Positions 22,011 to 33,384 of a DNA stretch of 52,496 nucleotides are shown here, piece after piece. How positions within the stretch are numbered: position 1 is the stretch's first letter; each line of letters begins with the position of its first letter. This DNA is from an uncultured Candidatus Peribacteria bacterium (lineage in GTDB: Bacteria; Patescibacteriota; Gracilibacteria; Absconditabacterales; Absconditicoccaceae): assembly GCA_964494005.1 (NCBI GenBank), contig CAZBQE010000001.1:8126-60621 (forward strand), given 5' to 3'. Under the pieces are notes generated by a model. It made no database searches, had not been told where the DNA came from, and saw only the letters and a program-made list of their open reading frames with translations. The position numbers were made by a program, and so were the translations under genes.

Positions 22011-22712
22011 ATGCTATTTAATCTCTGAGATCAGAGCAAAATCCAAAAAAAGAAAATAGAAAATCTCTTCAATACCGAGACAATGTTGCCGATTTCCGAA
22101 ATCAGGAATGATACGATTATCATGAAGGATGGAGGGCTAAGAGCGATATTGAAAATCAACGGAGTAAACTTAGATCTCAAAAATACTGATGAACAGCAAA
22201 TCGTACTTGAACAATACAAAAAATTCCTCAATGGATTGGAATTTCCTATGCAGATACTTGTTCGCAATACGTTTTTGGATCTTTCGAGTTATCTTACGTA
22301 CATCAGAGGAAATGTGGACGGAATAGAAAATTCTGTACTCAAAGGACAAGGAGAAGCGTATTATAGATTTTTACAGAATATTGATATGCAGCAAGGACTC
22401 ATCTACAACAAAGAATTTTATATTGTAGTGCCTTATTACGAAAGTGAACAAGACAAGAGTTCTATCCAGAGATCATGGCGAGGAAAACTGCTTGATGTTC
22501 TCAATGCCAAAGATAGTGTCGAAAAAATCGTTCAGAGATATAGACAATTTATCAAGGGAAAAACTTCTCTAGAGACAAGAGTGAATCTCGTGACTGATGG
22601 GTTGAATAGCATGGGTATAGAAGCAGAAAAAATCAAGACATCAGACATTATTAACGTTTTGTTTCGTTACTACAATCCTTTGCTTCATAGCTCACAAGCA
22701 CCGATAAAATAA
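22011..22712 (+). CDS. protein resembling only the N-terminal domain of VirB4/TraC-TrsE conjugation ATPases (no ATPase domain)
   Basis: LPISEIRNDTIIMKDGGLRAILKINGVNLDLKNTDEQQIVLEQYKKFLNGLEFPMQILVRN matches the pattern at the start of Gram-positive-type VirB4 proteins. It ends at TAA 22710 with no Walker motifs, and a terminator follows. Confidence 0.45.
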
Positions 22713-22787
22713 ATGTAGAATTCAGAATGTAGAATGCAGAAATAAATTATTTCCAAGCTATTGTATACTCGCATCATAAAAGAAAAA

Positions 22788-22809
22788 ATCCGTAGAGGCG
22801 GATTTTTTT
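22788..22809 (+). terminator. rho-independent terminator
   Basis: atccg-tagagg-cggat followed by TTTTTTT. Confidence 0.55.
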
Positions 22810-22940
22810 AGTTTATAATACTTTATAATGTATAGTTGAAAATATATAGTTTATGGCATTACTGGAATATATTATCACAATAATATTATAGTCGATAAGA
22901 AGACAAATTACTTTATTGTTAGTTATTCATTCATTATGTT

Positions 22941-24044
22941 TTATATTTTCATGTCGATATCATAGTTCTTCTCTTCACAATAGTTCTTTGCTTTTTCATA
23001 GAGTTCATTACATTTCGTTACTCGTTGTTCTTGGCCTTCTCATCTATCGATTTGCTGCTGATATCGTTCTTTTCTTCTTAGGATTTCAGCCAATGAAGCG
23101 ATACAGCAGACTTCATCATTGGTAATTGCGAATCATGCACAACTTATACCCATATCCGTAGGGGATTGATATTTGACTATATAATTTTTGTGCGTAACAA
23201 TTTTTTTTGCGATACTCATGACAACATCAAATGCTTCCATATCTCTGTTGTAATTCACAGAATCTTGTCCATAAGCATTTTTGTGGTAGCTATCCATCAT
23301 ATTACCATCACCAATATCTACGGTTGCGGCTTCGTATGCCAAATTTATTGGATGTTCAATTGCTAGGTTTCGAACAGGGAAAGTTTCGTATTTTGCATAT
23401 CATGACTTAATATCGATTTGATGGTCGTTATACATTTGTCCCAGACAAGTGGACATTTTCCCGCTGCTAGAAGCAGCTCAAGTTACCAAAACCAAATTCT
23501 TTGTTAGTGGTATATGATCGTCGTTGCCGAATCCGTCCTCACTGAGGATAAAATCCGTATTGTGTGGATATCAGGTTATCTTATATCTTTCTCGTACTCT
23601 GTATTGTTTTCTTTGAAATTCTTTTTCAAATTCGAGGATAATATCAAATCTGTCAGTAACATCAATAGTGTTGATAACGATATGTGGTTTGATTCAGATA
23701 TTTTTTTCTATGATTCTGATCATCTGATAGACGTACTCTTTGTAGTCGATATCCTGATTGCTGAGTTGTCTATTGGATAAAATGTCGTTTGCATTTACAC
23801 AAAATAATATTTCTGCCTGATCTTTCAATGACGCAAAAATCTGTTTCTTCGATTCCGGATCAAATCATGGAAGGACTCTTGCTGCGTGTGCGTCATACAT
23901 AAACTTTCCTCCAATTTCCAAATACAATCTTCCACCACCAAAATTAGCAATCCTATCAAGAATTTTTTCTTTTTGTAATCTGATATATTTGTCACCATCA
24001 AAACCGTGTTTTCTGTAGTTGATGATGTCGCTGCTATTGAGCAT
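22941..24044 (-). CDS. DUF1846 (UPF0371) family protein, C-terminally short
   Basis: [54 protein letters not shown][CGA]-NLAIEHPINLAYEAATVDIGD and YQSPTDMGIS are colinear with UPF0371. It stops about 130 aa earlier than family members I recall. Confidence 0.8.
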
Positions 24045-24240
24045 GAAAACAATGAATAATTAAAAATGAATAATGAATAATGAAAGAATTGCTGAAATGG
24101 AATATTGTATAAAACAGTTCTTGAAGTATAATTCTCGTATATAGTAGTCTAAGTATATTCCGATTTTGTGTTTTTTGCAAAAAAAGTGAACATAAAGCCC
24201 ACATTCCCTTGCGTTTTCTTTGAAATGTTGTGTATTTTGG

Positions 24241-27200
24241 CTATTTTACTATTTTTCCATTATCTAGTCTAATTATGTCATCTGCGAATTTCAAAATACT
24301 CTTGTCATGCTCGATCATAAGAATAGTGTCTCCCTTATCCAAAAACTGTTTGATGACTTTCATAAGCTTAATGATATCATCAGCATGCAATCCTACGGTT
24401 GGCTCATCAAGAAAGTACATCGTATGTCATTTGTAGGTTTTCAAAAGATGTTTTACAAGTTTAAGTCTTTGACTTTCTCCACCGGAAAGTGTATGTGCGG
24501 GTTGTCCCATCTTGAGATAGCCGAGTCCGATATCTACCATGAGTTGTAATTCTTCGCGGATATGGTCCATCTCAGAAAAGAATTCCAAAGCGTCTTTGAC
24601 ATACATTTCCAAAATTTCAGAAATATTTTTTCCTCTCCGTTTGATTCACAAAATTTCTGTTTTGTATCTTTTTCCATTACAGAGTTCACAAGGTATGTAG
24701 GTGTCCGGTAGAAACTGTAGTTCTACTTTTTTGTAGCCATAGCCGTCGCAGGCAGGGCAGGCTCATTTTTTTGAATTGAAGCTGTAATAGCTTGCATTAA
24801 ATCAGAGATATTTGCTTTCCATGGTTCCTGCAAAGAGTTTCCTAATATGATCAAAAGTTCCGATGAAAGTAGCAGGACAAGATCTCGGTGTTTTTCCTAT
24901 ACTGGTTTGATCGACATAGATAGTATTTTTGATGTCTTCATGTCCGCTAATAGTTTCCACCGCAAGATCTTGGTAGAATTCTTGGATGGCTAGGTTTTCG
25001 TAGTGTTCGTATTTGTCCTTGTGCATGACAGGTGCTGCGAGAATATCAGTCCGATTCCATCCTTTTTTCAAAAGTTCCAATCTGATAAAACTCTGGATGA
25101 ATTTCTGTTTCTCATTCAAAAATCTAAACAGCGTCGTATACATCAGCGTAGTTTTTCCAGCTCCAGAAGGGCCAGTGATGATAGTGAACGTTCCTAATCT
25201 AATTTGCGTATCAATACTTTGGAGATTATGTTTAGATGCTTTTTTGATGGTGATGAAATTATTGCTCGGTGTATGACTAAATTCTGCTGTGACTTTTTTC
25301 TTTCACAAAATATATTGTGCTGTCAGGGTGTTGGATGTCAAAAATTCATCATAAGGTCCATTGAACATCACCTTGCCTCAGAAATCTCCAGCTCCCGGAC
25401 CTATTTCTACAACCCAATCAGATGCTTTGATAAATTCATCATTATGTTCTACAACGATAATCGTGTTGTCCATCTCTCTTAATTTTTTTATTGCCGTAAT
25501 CGCTCTAACGATTTCTCTGGTATCGAGTCCAATCGTAGGTTCATCTAAGACATAAATAATTCCCGTTAGTTTGTTTCCGAGCTGTTTGGCTAATCTCAAT
25601 CTTTGGATTTCTCATCACGAAAGTGTGTCGATTCATCTCTTTAGACTCAAATATCCGAGTCCCAGATCTTGGATAGTCTTGGCTCTATCGATGAGTGGAT
25701 TGACGATTCTTGCTACAAGATTTTTGTCTTTGTTGTTATGTTCTTTGTACAAATCAATAAATGCAATCAATTCATTCAATGGCATTTTTTGTAATTCTGC
25801 GATGTTGAATTTAGTTCAAAGCTCCAAGTTTCAAGCTTCAAGCTGCACTTTAGACGACTTTAAACTTCAAGCTTTAGACTTTAAGCTAAGAAATACATTC
25901 AGACTTTCTTTCTTCAATTTCGTTCCATTACATTCAGGACAGGTTTTCATATCGAGCATCACTTGGAAATCTACGGTCAAAAGTCATTTTGCATATTGGT
26001 CTTTGATAATTTCCTCGATTCCTTTGTAATACATGCTCATATATTTTCCTCCATAATTCACTCTAATCAATTCTTCGTCTCAGAAAAGTACGACATGCTG
26101 AAATCGTTCAGGGAGATTTTTCCATGTTTTGTCGGGATCGATACTGTATTTCTGCGCTAATTTCAAAAGCAATGATTGTCCGAGATTTGAATCTCTTCGT
26201 GGCAAAATAGCTTTCATATATGGACTTTCCGGATCTAATATTTTGTCAAAATCCACCTGCAAAATCTCTCCAATTCCATGACAGGTAGAACATGCTCATT
26301 CCTGTCTATTTGGTGAAAAATGCTGCGGCGTAAATTCCGGATAGGTGATATTACAGTCTGCGCAGTACATTTTGTCGGTAAACCGTTTTATATTTGAAAA
26401 ATCTGAAGAATTGTCTGAAGAATCTGATATAACCGAATTTTTTTTGTTTGATGATTTTTTCATGGGTTTCTCAGATTTTTCTGTTATGTATATTCCGAAC
26501 TTTTTAAACTCGCCGAGTATCTTGATGATATCTTCTTTCAATCTTCATAATTTAGCTTCTTCGACGGTGACTCTATCGTAGATACCATAGGTCTGGATTG
26601 GGAAATATCCGATTGGAATATTCGGCGTTTCGAGGTAGAAATATTCTATAGGATTCAATTCTGACGAATCTGAAACATCTGATATATTGTTTTTTTTCTT
26701 TGTTGTTTTAGTCGTATGTTTTTCAGATATATCAGATGTTTTCTCAGATTTTTCAGCTACTATTAGGTAGCGGGTAAATCATTTCCCCTTTTCTACTTTA
26801 TTTCTATTTTTTCTGACGAATTCCATGAGATCTTCTTTCTTTTCAAATTTTCCTGATTCTTGCAAAAGATATATTTTCTGATTGAGATAATGGTTTTGGA
26901 TGTCATTCATGATTTGTTCGATGGTCTGTGGTTTGATTTCTTTTCCACAGTTATAACAGTAACTATCACCGAGCTTTGCATAGAGCAATCTCAGATAATC
27001 ATCGATTTCCGTAAGCGTTCCTACCGAACTTCTCGAATTTCCTCACTTTTTATTTTGTTCAATCGCGATAGCAGGGGAGAGTCCGGTACAGTGGTCGATA
27101 TCCGGCCTTTCTCCCAAATTGAAAAATTGTCTCAAGTACGAGCTGAGTGATTCTATATATCTATATTGTCCTTCCTTATATATAGTATCGAATGCGAGCG

Positions 27201-27366
27201 ATGATTTACCAGAACCGGAAACTCACGTGATAGTAATCAACTTATTTTTCGGGATTTCAATGTCGATATTTTTCAGATTATGAGTTTTTACTCCTTGAAA
27301 GGTAATCTTATTTTCCATATTTCCGACATTCTGGATGATATGTTTTTCTACAGATTTCTTTGCCAT
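24241..27366 (-). CDS. uvrA: excinuclease ABC subunit A
   Basis: Nine track fragments share one frame through many TGA. Motifs: [18 protein letters not shown], zinc modules, [23 protein letters not shown] and [10 protein letters not shown]. True stop is TAG at 24241. Confidence 0.95.
25812..25890. repeat. AAAGC/AAGCT-family heptad repeat inserted in frame inside uvrA
   Basis: gttcaaagctccaagtttcaagcttcaagctgcactttagacgactttaaacttcaagctttagactttaagctaag encodes [26 protein letters not shown] at a site where UvrA normally has only a few residues. Confidence 0.75.
26396..26483. repeat. ATCTGA-family imperfect palindrome in frame inside uvrA
   Basis: The arm gaaaaatctgaagaattgtctgaagaatctgatataacc faces gggtttctcagatttttctg. 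It encodes [28 protein letters not shown]. Confidence 0.65.
26659..26756. repeat. ATCTGA-family imperfect palindrome in frame inside uvrA
   Basis: The arm ttctgacgaatctgaaacatctgatatatt faces tttcagatatatcagatgttttctcagatttttcag. It encodes [33 protein letters not shown]. Confidence 0.7.
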
Positions 27367-27412
27367 ACTCTATTTAGAAATTGAAAATTAAAAATTAACA
27401 ATGATTTTATTT

Positions 27413-27476
27413 GTCATTGCGAGGAACGAAGCAATCTAAAAATCAAATAGGATCGCCACGCTATGCTCGCGATGAC
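27413..27476. repeat. GTCATTGCGAG palindromic element
   Basis: The arm gtcattgcgaggaacgaagcaatc faces gatcgccacgctatgctcgcgatgac. It is related to 34745-34818. Confidence 0.75.
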
Positions 27477-27641
27477 TGATTATTCTCCTATATACATAAA
27501 TCTCTTCACTTCTTTCCCGTCTACTACGACATGATCATCAAACATCGCTTTTGGTATGTAAAATTTAATTCTAGCGGCATCCTTTTTTCAATTCTCTTTT
27601 CCAAAACTTAACCGGAATCATAATTCTCAATTCTCAATTAT

Positions 27642-28463
27642 TTAATACGTATTTTTAAGCTCCCAATCAAGCACCTTGATAAATCTAGGAATGATTCCAT
27701 ATCTTGTCGCTCCACTATATTCCTCTCCATAGCCATCGTAAACGTAGTTAGGATTGTTTGGGATGACAATATTTCACGAGATAGTTCCGCCATTGTAGAG
27801 TGCTGCATAATTTACGAGTCCTGTCATGGTGAAACCAGTATAGGTGAAGATAGGTCAGATTTTGGAATAATGCGCTCCGTATTTGCTTTTGGAGAAGTCG
27901 ATGTACTCTTGTATTGTTGTCAAAAATTTTCCTTCGGTGATTGTTCCTGTTCCGTAGTCTTTACTGAGAATTTGGAATGGTCCATCACCATTATTTGGGA
28001 GATAATATCCGCAGTTTGTCTCTCTATATCGCATAGCTATGGTCATCGCAGTCGGAAAATTGTTTGCGAAACTCATGCTATCAAGCGTATTGTATCGCCC
28101 GGTACAGGTGTCAGCAGTTGTAATGCCTGTACTAACATTTCCGCTATACGTATTTACAAACGCTTGTTTGAAACTAGTAGATGCTACTTTTGCTTTCACT
28201 TTTTCTGCATTGATCTGGGTGATGAGATGGATGTCGAGAATGTTTAGATAATATTCCAATTTTTCGTGATTAGCATATTGTTCTTGGAGATTTTTGAGCT
28301 GGATATAGAGCTTAGCTTTGCCTTGCATATTGCCGCTGGTGAGGGAGTTCAATTGATCCCTAAGTTGATTGATAGCGGTGACATCGTCGTTGTTTGGTGT
28401 GTACGCAAATGTAAGTCCAAAGAATACACTGATACTAATAAGTGAAATAACGAGTTTTTTCAT
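27642..28463 (-). CDS. secreted protein, possible GH23-type lytic transglycosylase (VirB1-like role)
   Basis: Signal MKKLVISLISISVFFGLTFA. MRYRETNCGYYLPNNGDGPFQIL resembles the E-S/T ... G-x-x-Q-I motif pair of lytic transglycosylases. The gene extends past TGA 27855 to TAA 27642. Confidence 0.45.
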
Positions 28464-28728
28464 AACGATTTGGGTAATAAGACAAAAAATAGGCGAAACA
28501 TTGTCGAATAATCGTCGAATATAGCTGTGATACAGCTATTGTTTGTCGATAATTAGTCATCCTCATGTGCTTATGCACCTATGAAACAATGTATACAAGT
28601 CCAACTTTCAATGTAGTGTTTTGTAGAGAACTTGCAAGCACAAAAAGAAAAAAAACATGTTATCAAGATACTGATTTCTTTTGACTATCACTTATAGTAT
28701 GTTCTTCGCTTGTAAGAGAGAAACTATA

Positions 28729-30684
28729 TTATTCTTGTGCTGTACTGTTATGGAAAGTTATTTTTTTGAGTGATTCATAATCAGTTGGTCGTGTTGCTGA
28801 TGTCGCGCTAGATCCTCCCATGAGGTTATAGAAGGCTTTAGCGTTGTTATTAGTATTATTAAAGAATGTTTTGAGTGATTCTTCGTCGGTTCATTTTAGT
28901 TGTCATAAGAATGTATAAGTAGAGTCATTAGTTTTAAGATTGGTATTAAGTGCTCTTATTTTGTCTGGCTTCTGAAGTATTAGTGCTACATTTTCCATCC
29001 ATCGCGTATCATTGATAGAGATTCCACCATCCTTTTTTTTCGCTAATTCGTTTGTTTTTTTGAAGAATTCTACTCCACTATCTGCTGAAGTATCTTTAGC
29101 AATTTTTGTAAGTGCTGATTTGTCAGTGTTCATCCATGGTTCTCAGAGGTCCATTTTGCTATTGAGGAAGGCTCTGAATTTTGTATCATTAGTTTCAAAT
29201 GATCATGATTCCAGACTACCGAATTCTCATCTTGTACTCACTCCCATACCTTCAAGTATGTCCTTTTTTTGTGACGTCAAAAGTTGTTGTGCTCATACAA
29301 AAGAAGCTCATCATCCAAGTGGAATCAATGGTAAGGTTTTCACCGTATCTTCGATAAACTTCGTAACGGGTTTCATGACGTCGCTGATAGGTCATTTACC
29401 TGAAGTAACTGCTATTTTGATAAATTGCCACATCAAAAACATAGTAAAGAAGAAGATGATGAGATTGACAAAGATACTCGTTCCTACATCTTGTATTCCT
29501 TGAGTAATCGATTCATTACCTAAGATACCACTTTCTGAAACTTCTATCGTCGATAGATTTTCTATGGTCATTGTAGAAGAGTTGTTTTCGACACTGATAT
29601 GGACATCATTAAAAGATTTTGGGAGTTCTCCTGTCATAATTCTTTGTATGCTTGCGACGAAAATGATAATAAATGCAAATCCGGCCACGAAGATGACAGG
29701 TTTAAAAATCAGATCGATCATTACAGAAAAATTGAGATATTGCATAATTCCTTTGTTGTTTTGATCTCATCCTATGCTTTTATCTTTTCCTTTGAATATC
29801 ATAGCGAGAACAATCAATGGTGATCCTATGACAAAAATTCGTAGGAATGCGACTCTGATGATATTCGCCAAAAACAATAAAGCGAGACCTAAGGTATACA
29901 TCAGGATAAGTACAAGTCTCAAAAGGAAGGCTATGGTAATCTCTCCCACGGTATCGGTTCATGCTACATCAAGATAATTCTGGAACTTGAAAACACTGAA
30001 TCCCAAGTAGATCAACGGTCCGCTTACAGAGTTGTAGGTCGGAAGAATCTCATTTCGAGAACTTATGTCTACAGTTTCATTGCTGATGTTTTCTATAGTT
30101 TTCAAGGAGTCTGCGGTGATTTTATATTTTTTTGGAGTTTTTGATAGGGATGTCTGGATATGGTTTTTGAGATTAGCATCGCCTTGGAGAAAAGTACTCG
30201 GAAAAGATCCTACTGCTGCTGTAGCGATTGTAGAGAGATCAACAAGTGCTCCCACGATAAACCAGCTTGCTTGGATGAGAATACCAGCAATCAAAGTTTT
30301 GGTGATGATATCTTTGAGATCCATTCCTTTTTTTCCTATAAGATTACTGATGATATTCCAGAGAACGATACCTACCAACGCAAAATTTGCGAAATTTTTC
30401 ATGATGTTCCATATTTTTCGAAGATAGATATCCATATGAAGAATAGCACCATATACCCAATCATTGGTCATCAGCTTACCAGCGAGGATAGCAAAGATAA
30501 TCCACAATCGCGAACAGAGCGATAGAATATCACTAAGCATTTTTTTTGTGCGTACCAAAGCATCTCCATCGCTTCCTGCTGCGAATGTCGGTACGATAAA
30601 AAATATTCCTATAATCAATAAAAGACTGACGATTTTGATCGTCTGCGGTTTCATAAGTGTTTTGAAAAGTCTTTTGAGGAACAT
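28729..30684 (-). CDS. polytopic membrane protein, VirB6/TrbL-like candidate (651 aa), paralogue 1
   Basis: Four track ORFs (29959-30684, 29767-29949, 29392-29745, 28903-29133) share one frame through TGA. There are about 8 TM spans and a soluble C-terminus of about 200 aa. The N-terminal 190 aa are colinear with the next gene. Confidence 0.5.
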
Positions 30685-30708
30685 ATGTATGATTGAAGTA
30701 AAGGAGTA

Positions 30709-33231
30709 TTATTGTGTAGGAGTATTGTCTGGAGTAGGTTGAGGTGGTTCTGTAGGTGCTGTTCCTGTATATGTGAACCCACTATTTCCGTCGTCGGTCG
30801 CGGTGATTGTTACTTGCTTATTTCCTACTGCTGCAGTATATTCTCTTTCCGTAGTGCTATTAAAATAAGTATCCAAATATTTTTTATTGGCTTCATTATC
30901 TAGTATAGCTTGGATATTATCTACTGTATTGTTTTCCGTCATTGTATTTATGACGTTAGTATCAAGATCGTCTTTCGCTAACGCGTTAATTGGTTTTTTT
31001 AATTCTGTAGGCATATTTTGTAAAATAGTTGTTTGTTCTGTAAGATCACTAAGTCCTGCTATTGCAGAATAAAATCATCCAGCACTTGCAGTAGCTACTT
31101 CTCCAGGAGTTGCGGTAATGTTTTGTTCTGTAAGATATGTTTGGAGATTCGTTACTGGTGTGGTTTTCATTCTCTCTATAAGTGTGTTTATTTGATCGTT
31201 ACTTAATGCGTTTTTATCGTTTGTACCTCCAGGTGTTCCACCAGAAAATCTCTCTATGATTTCATTTCTTTGTGTTTGTTCTCTTCTTTCTACCCATCTC
31301 TGAGGAGCTTGAGGAAGTTCTCTCATAGCAGTACCAAATCAGACTTTACCTTCCATTCCAGGAATAGGAATCACTGGCATAGTTTGGAAGACGTTTGCAC
31401 CGAATTCTTGGATACCTGCGCCGATCTTCGCACCGAGTGCGTTGGCTTTGATAGCAGCAAAAAGGATAGTCCACAAGATTCCGATAGCGAAGAAATTGAC
31501 AACTAATCGCGAGAATCGATCTAAACTTCCTCATCGATCGAAGTTCTCAAATTCCAATTCATGTGATCCATTGACGAGATATGTTTGGTTGTTGCTGTCA
31601 GCTGTTGGGATAGGTTGTATTTCAAGGTTTTCAGCTACTTTGCTAGATATTTGCTGGTTTTCTTCTGGCTCAAATCATTGGATGAGGGCACTCATAAAGA
31701 TCAAGGAAATACTCAATGCCGCTACGGTAATCACAGGAGCGAAAATAAGTTTGAAGACATTACCCAATTCCAAATGTTCTCAGAGTTTACCGAGAAGGTC
31801 TTTTGGTATAGCATCGTCGAAGATTTTTTTGAGAACAAGAAATGGCGATGCAGCGATATAGAGCCACAGTAAAGCTATCCTCGCTACTAGGACAACAGCT
31901 AGCGCAAGTAAGGGAAAAAAGAGCGCGATAGCAACTCAAGTCTTGATGAGGAAGATACCTGAAGTTTGTCAAAGCGTCGTCGTTTGGGTGTCAGTGAGAT
32001 TTGCAAAATTGAGTAAGGAAGAATACATAGTTACCAATGGTCCGACAAATCCTTTGGATTTGTTGATGAGTTCTCCTATGGTCAATGAAGTAGTGCTCGC
32101 ATAAAAACCACTTCCTGCGATAAATCATGGAGCATTTTGTCCTGATTTGATATTTACGGCATAGTTTTTGACTAGTGGTAAAGTTTCCCATCAAGAAGTG
32201 TTGGTGAGGTTAATCATATATCCTTGGTATCTGATATGTGAATCAAAATCTGTGATACTACCTGTTGTTTGACCAAAATATCCTACAGTTTTGATTCCAC
32301 TCATCAATGCGTCTTCATTCCATACAACCAACTGATTGTTAAAAGCAACACAGACTTCATGTCCAGGATAATAGCTGTCTGTAAAAATATCGGTATTTTT
32401 GAATTTTGGATCACCAAGTTCTCTTCCTATGATATATTTTTCTTCTATCCTACAAGGAGAAATATTTACTTGTTTGTTGGTAGGCTTGTAGGTTGCGGTG
32501 TATCGTACCTGGAAAGCGTCTCCTGCATCATTGAGATTGCTAAATTTATCTAAATCTATTTTGCTGCTAACATGGAGAATTCTTCTTTGTCCGATGTCAG
32601 TATTTTTTACAATACTAAGCGGTAATCCTCCTACTGCATAGGTTGCAATGGTTGAAATATCGACCAAAGCTGCCATGAGAAATCGGCTCGCTTGGATGAG
32701 GATACCAGCAATTAATGTTTTCTTGATAATATCTATCGGTCATTTTTCATCTTTTTGTACGAAAAAATTTTTGATAATAGCAAACAGGACCATAAATCCC
32801 AAAGTGAAGTTCGCAAAGTTTTTCATCATATTCCAAAATTTCCAGAGCGGAGCATCCAGATGAAATACTGAAGCGTAGACCATGGTGTTGTCCAAAGAAA
32901 GTCCAGCAACTACCAAAAGTGGCCAGAGTAGGAGATAAATGATTTTGAGAAGCATATTGAGAATTTCCCAGAGTCAAGATGAACTCGATGCTGATGTAGA
33001 CAAAGGTACGCAAGTATTAGTAGCTGCATTCCAGATGTGAGTTTCTGATTTGAGTTTACAAGCTGTTTCTGTTGTTGCTATTTCTTCTACTTCTGTTGTT
33101 GTTTCAGATGCTTCTTGTGCATAGACATTTTCGCCGATACCTACATATCCGTTTAAGAAAATACCTGATCACAACAAGATAATCATTATTCAGAATATTT
33201 TTTTAGTGAGTTTAGAATTGAATCGATGCAT
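30709..33231 (-). CDS. polytopic membrane protein, VirB6/TrbL-like candidate (840 aa), paralogue 2
   Basis: Track ORFs 32740-32955, 32191-32676, 31075-31326 and 30709-31014 plus about 900 nt with no listed ORF form one frame through TGA. I translated the whole gap and found no TAA/TAG. It has a signal/TM, several TM clusters and a Thr/Pro-rich tail TGTAPTEPPQPTPDNTPTQ. Confidence 0.5.
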
Positions 33232-33384
33232 TAACGATATTTCATAAATGATAAATCCGTAAGTTGTGTATTATATAGTAAAGTATACTCCCAAAATCCA
33301 TAAACGCCAAATAAACACATCCTTTTCTTCCTAGTTACCTTGCAAATTTGCTAAATTTATATATAACATGTAACCGCTTGCAAA

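Noticed and set aside
25571-26029. 152-aa plus-strand track ORF, and other plus-strand ORFs between 24230 and 27150
   Set aside because: They are antisense to uvrA, whose minus-strand frame is continuous and carries all the UvrA motifs.
27480-27640. Short minus-strand open frame ending ...RIKFYIPKAMFDDHVVVDGKEVKRFMYIGE
   Set aside because: The only in-frame ATG would give 21 aa. The frame lies inside the loop of nested repeat elements, and no family is recognised.
31270-31972. Several overlapping 60-140-aa track ORFs on both strands (31270-31506, 31346-31534, 31442-31861, 31585-31872, 31787-31972)
   Set aside because: All lie within the continuous minus-strand frame of the 840-aa VirB6-like gene. 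They are off-frame or antisense by-products.
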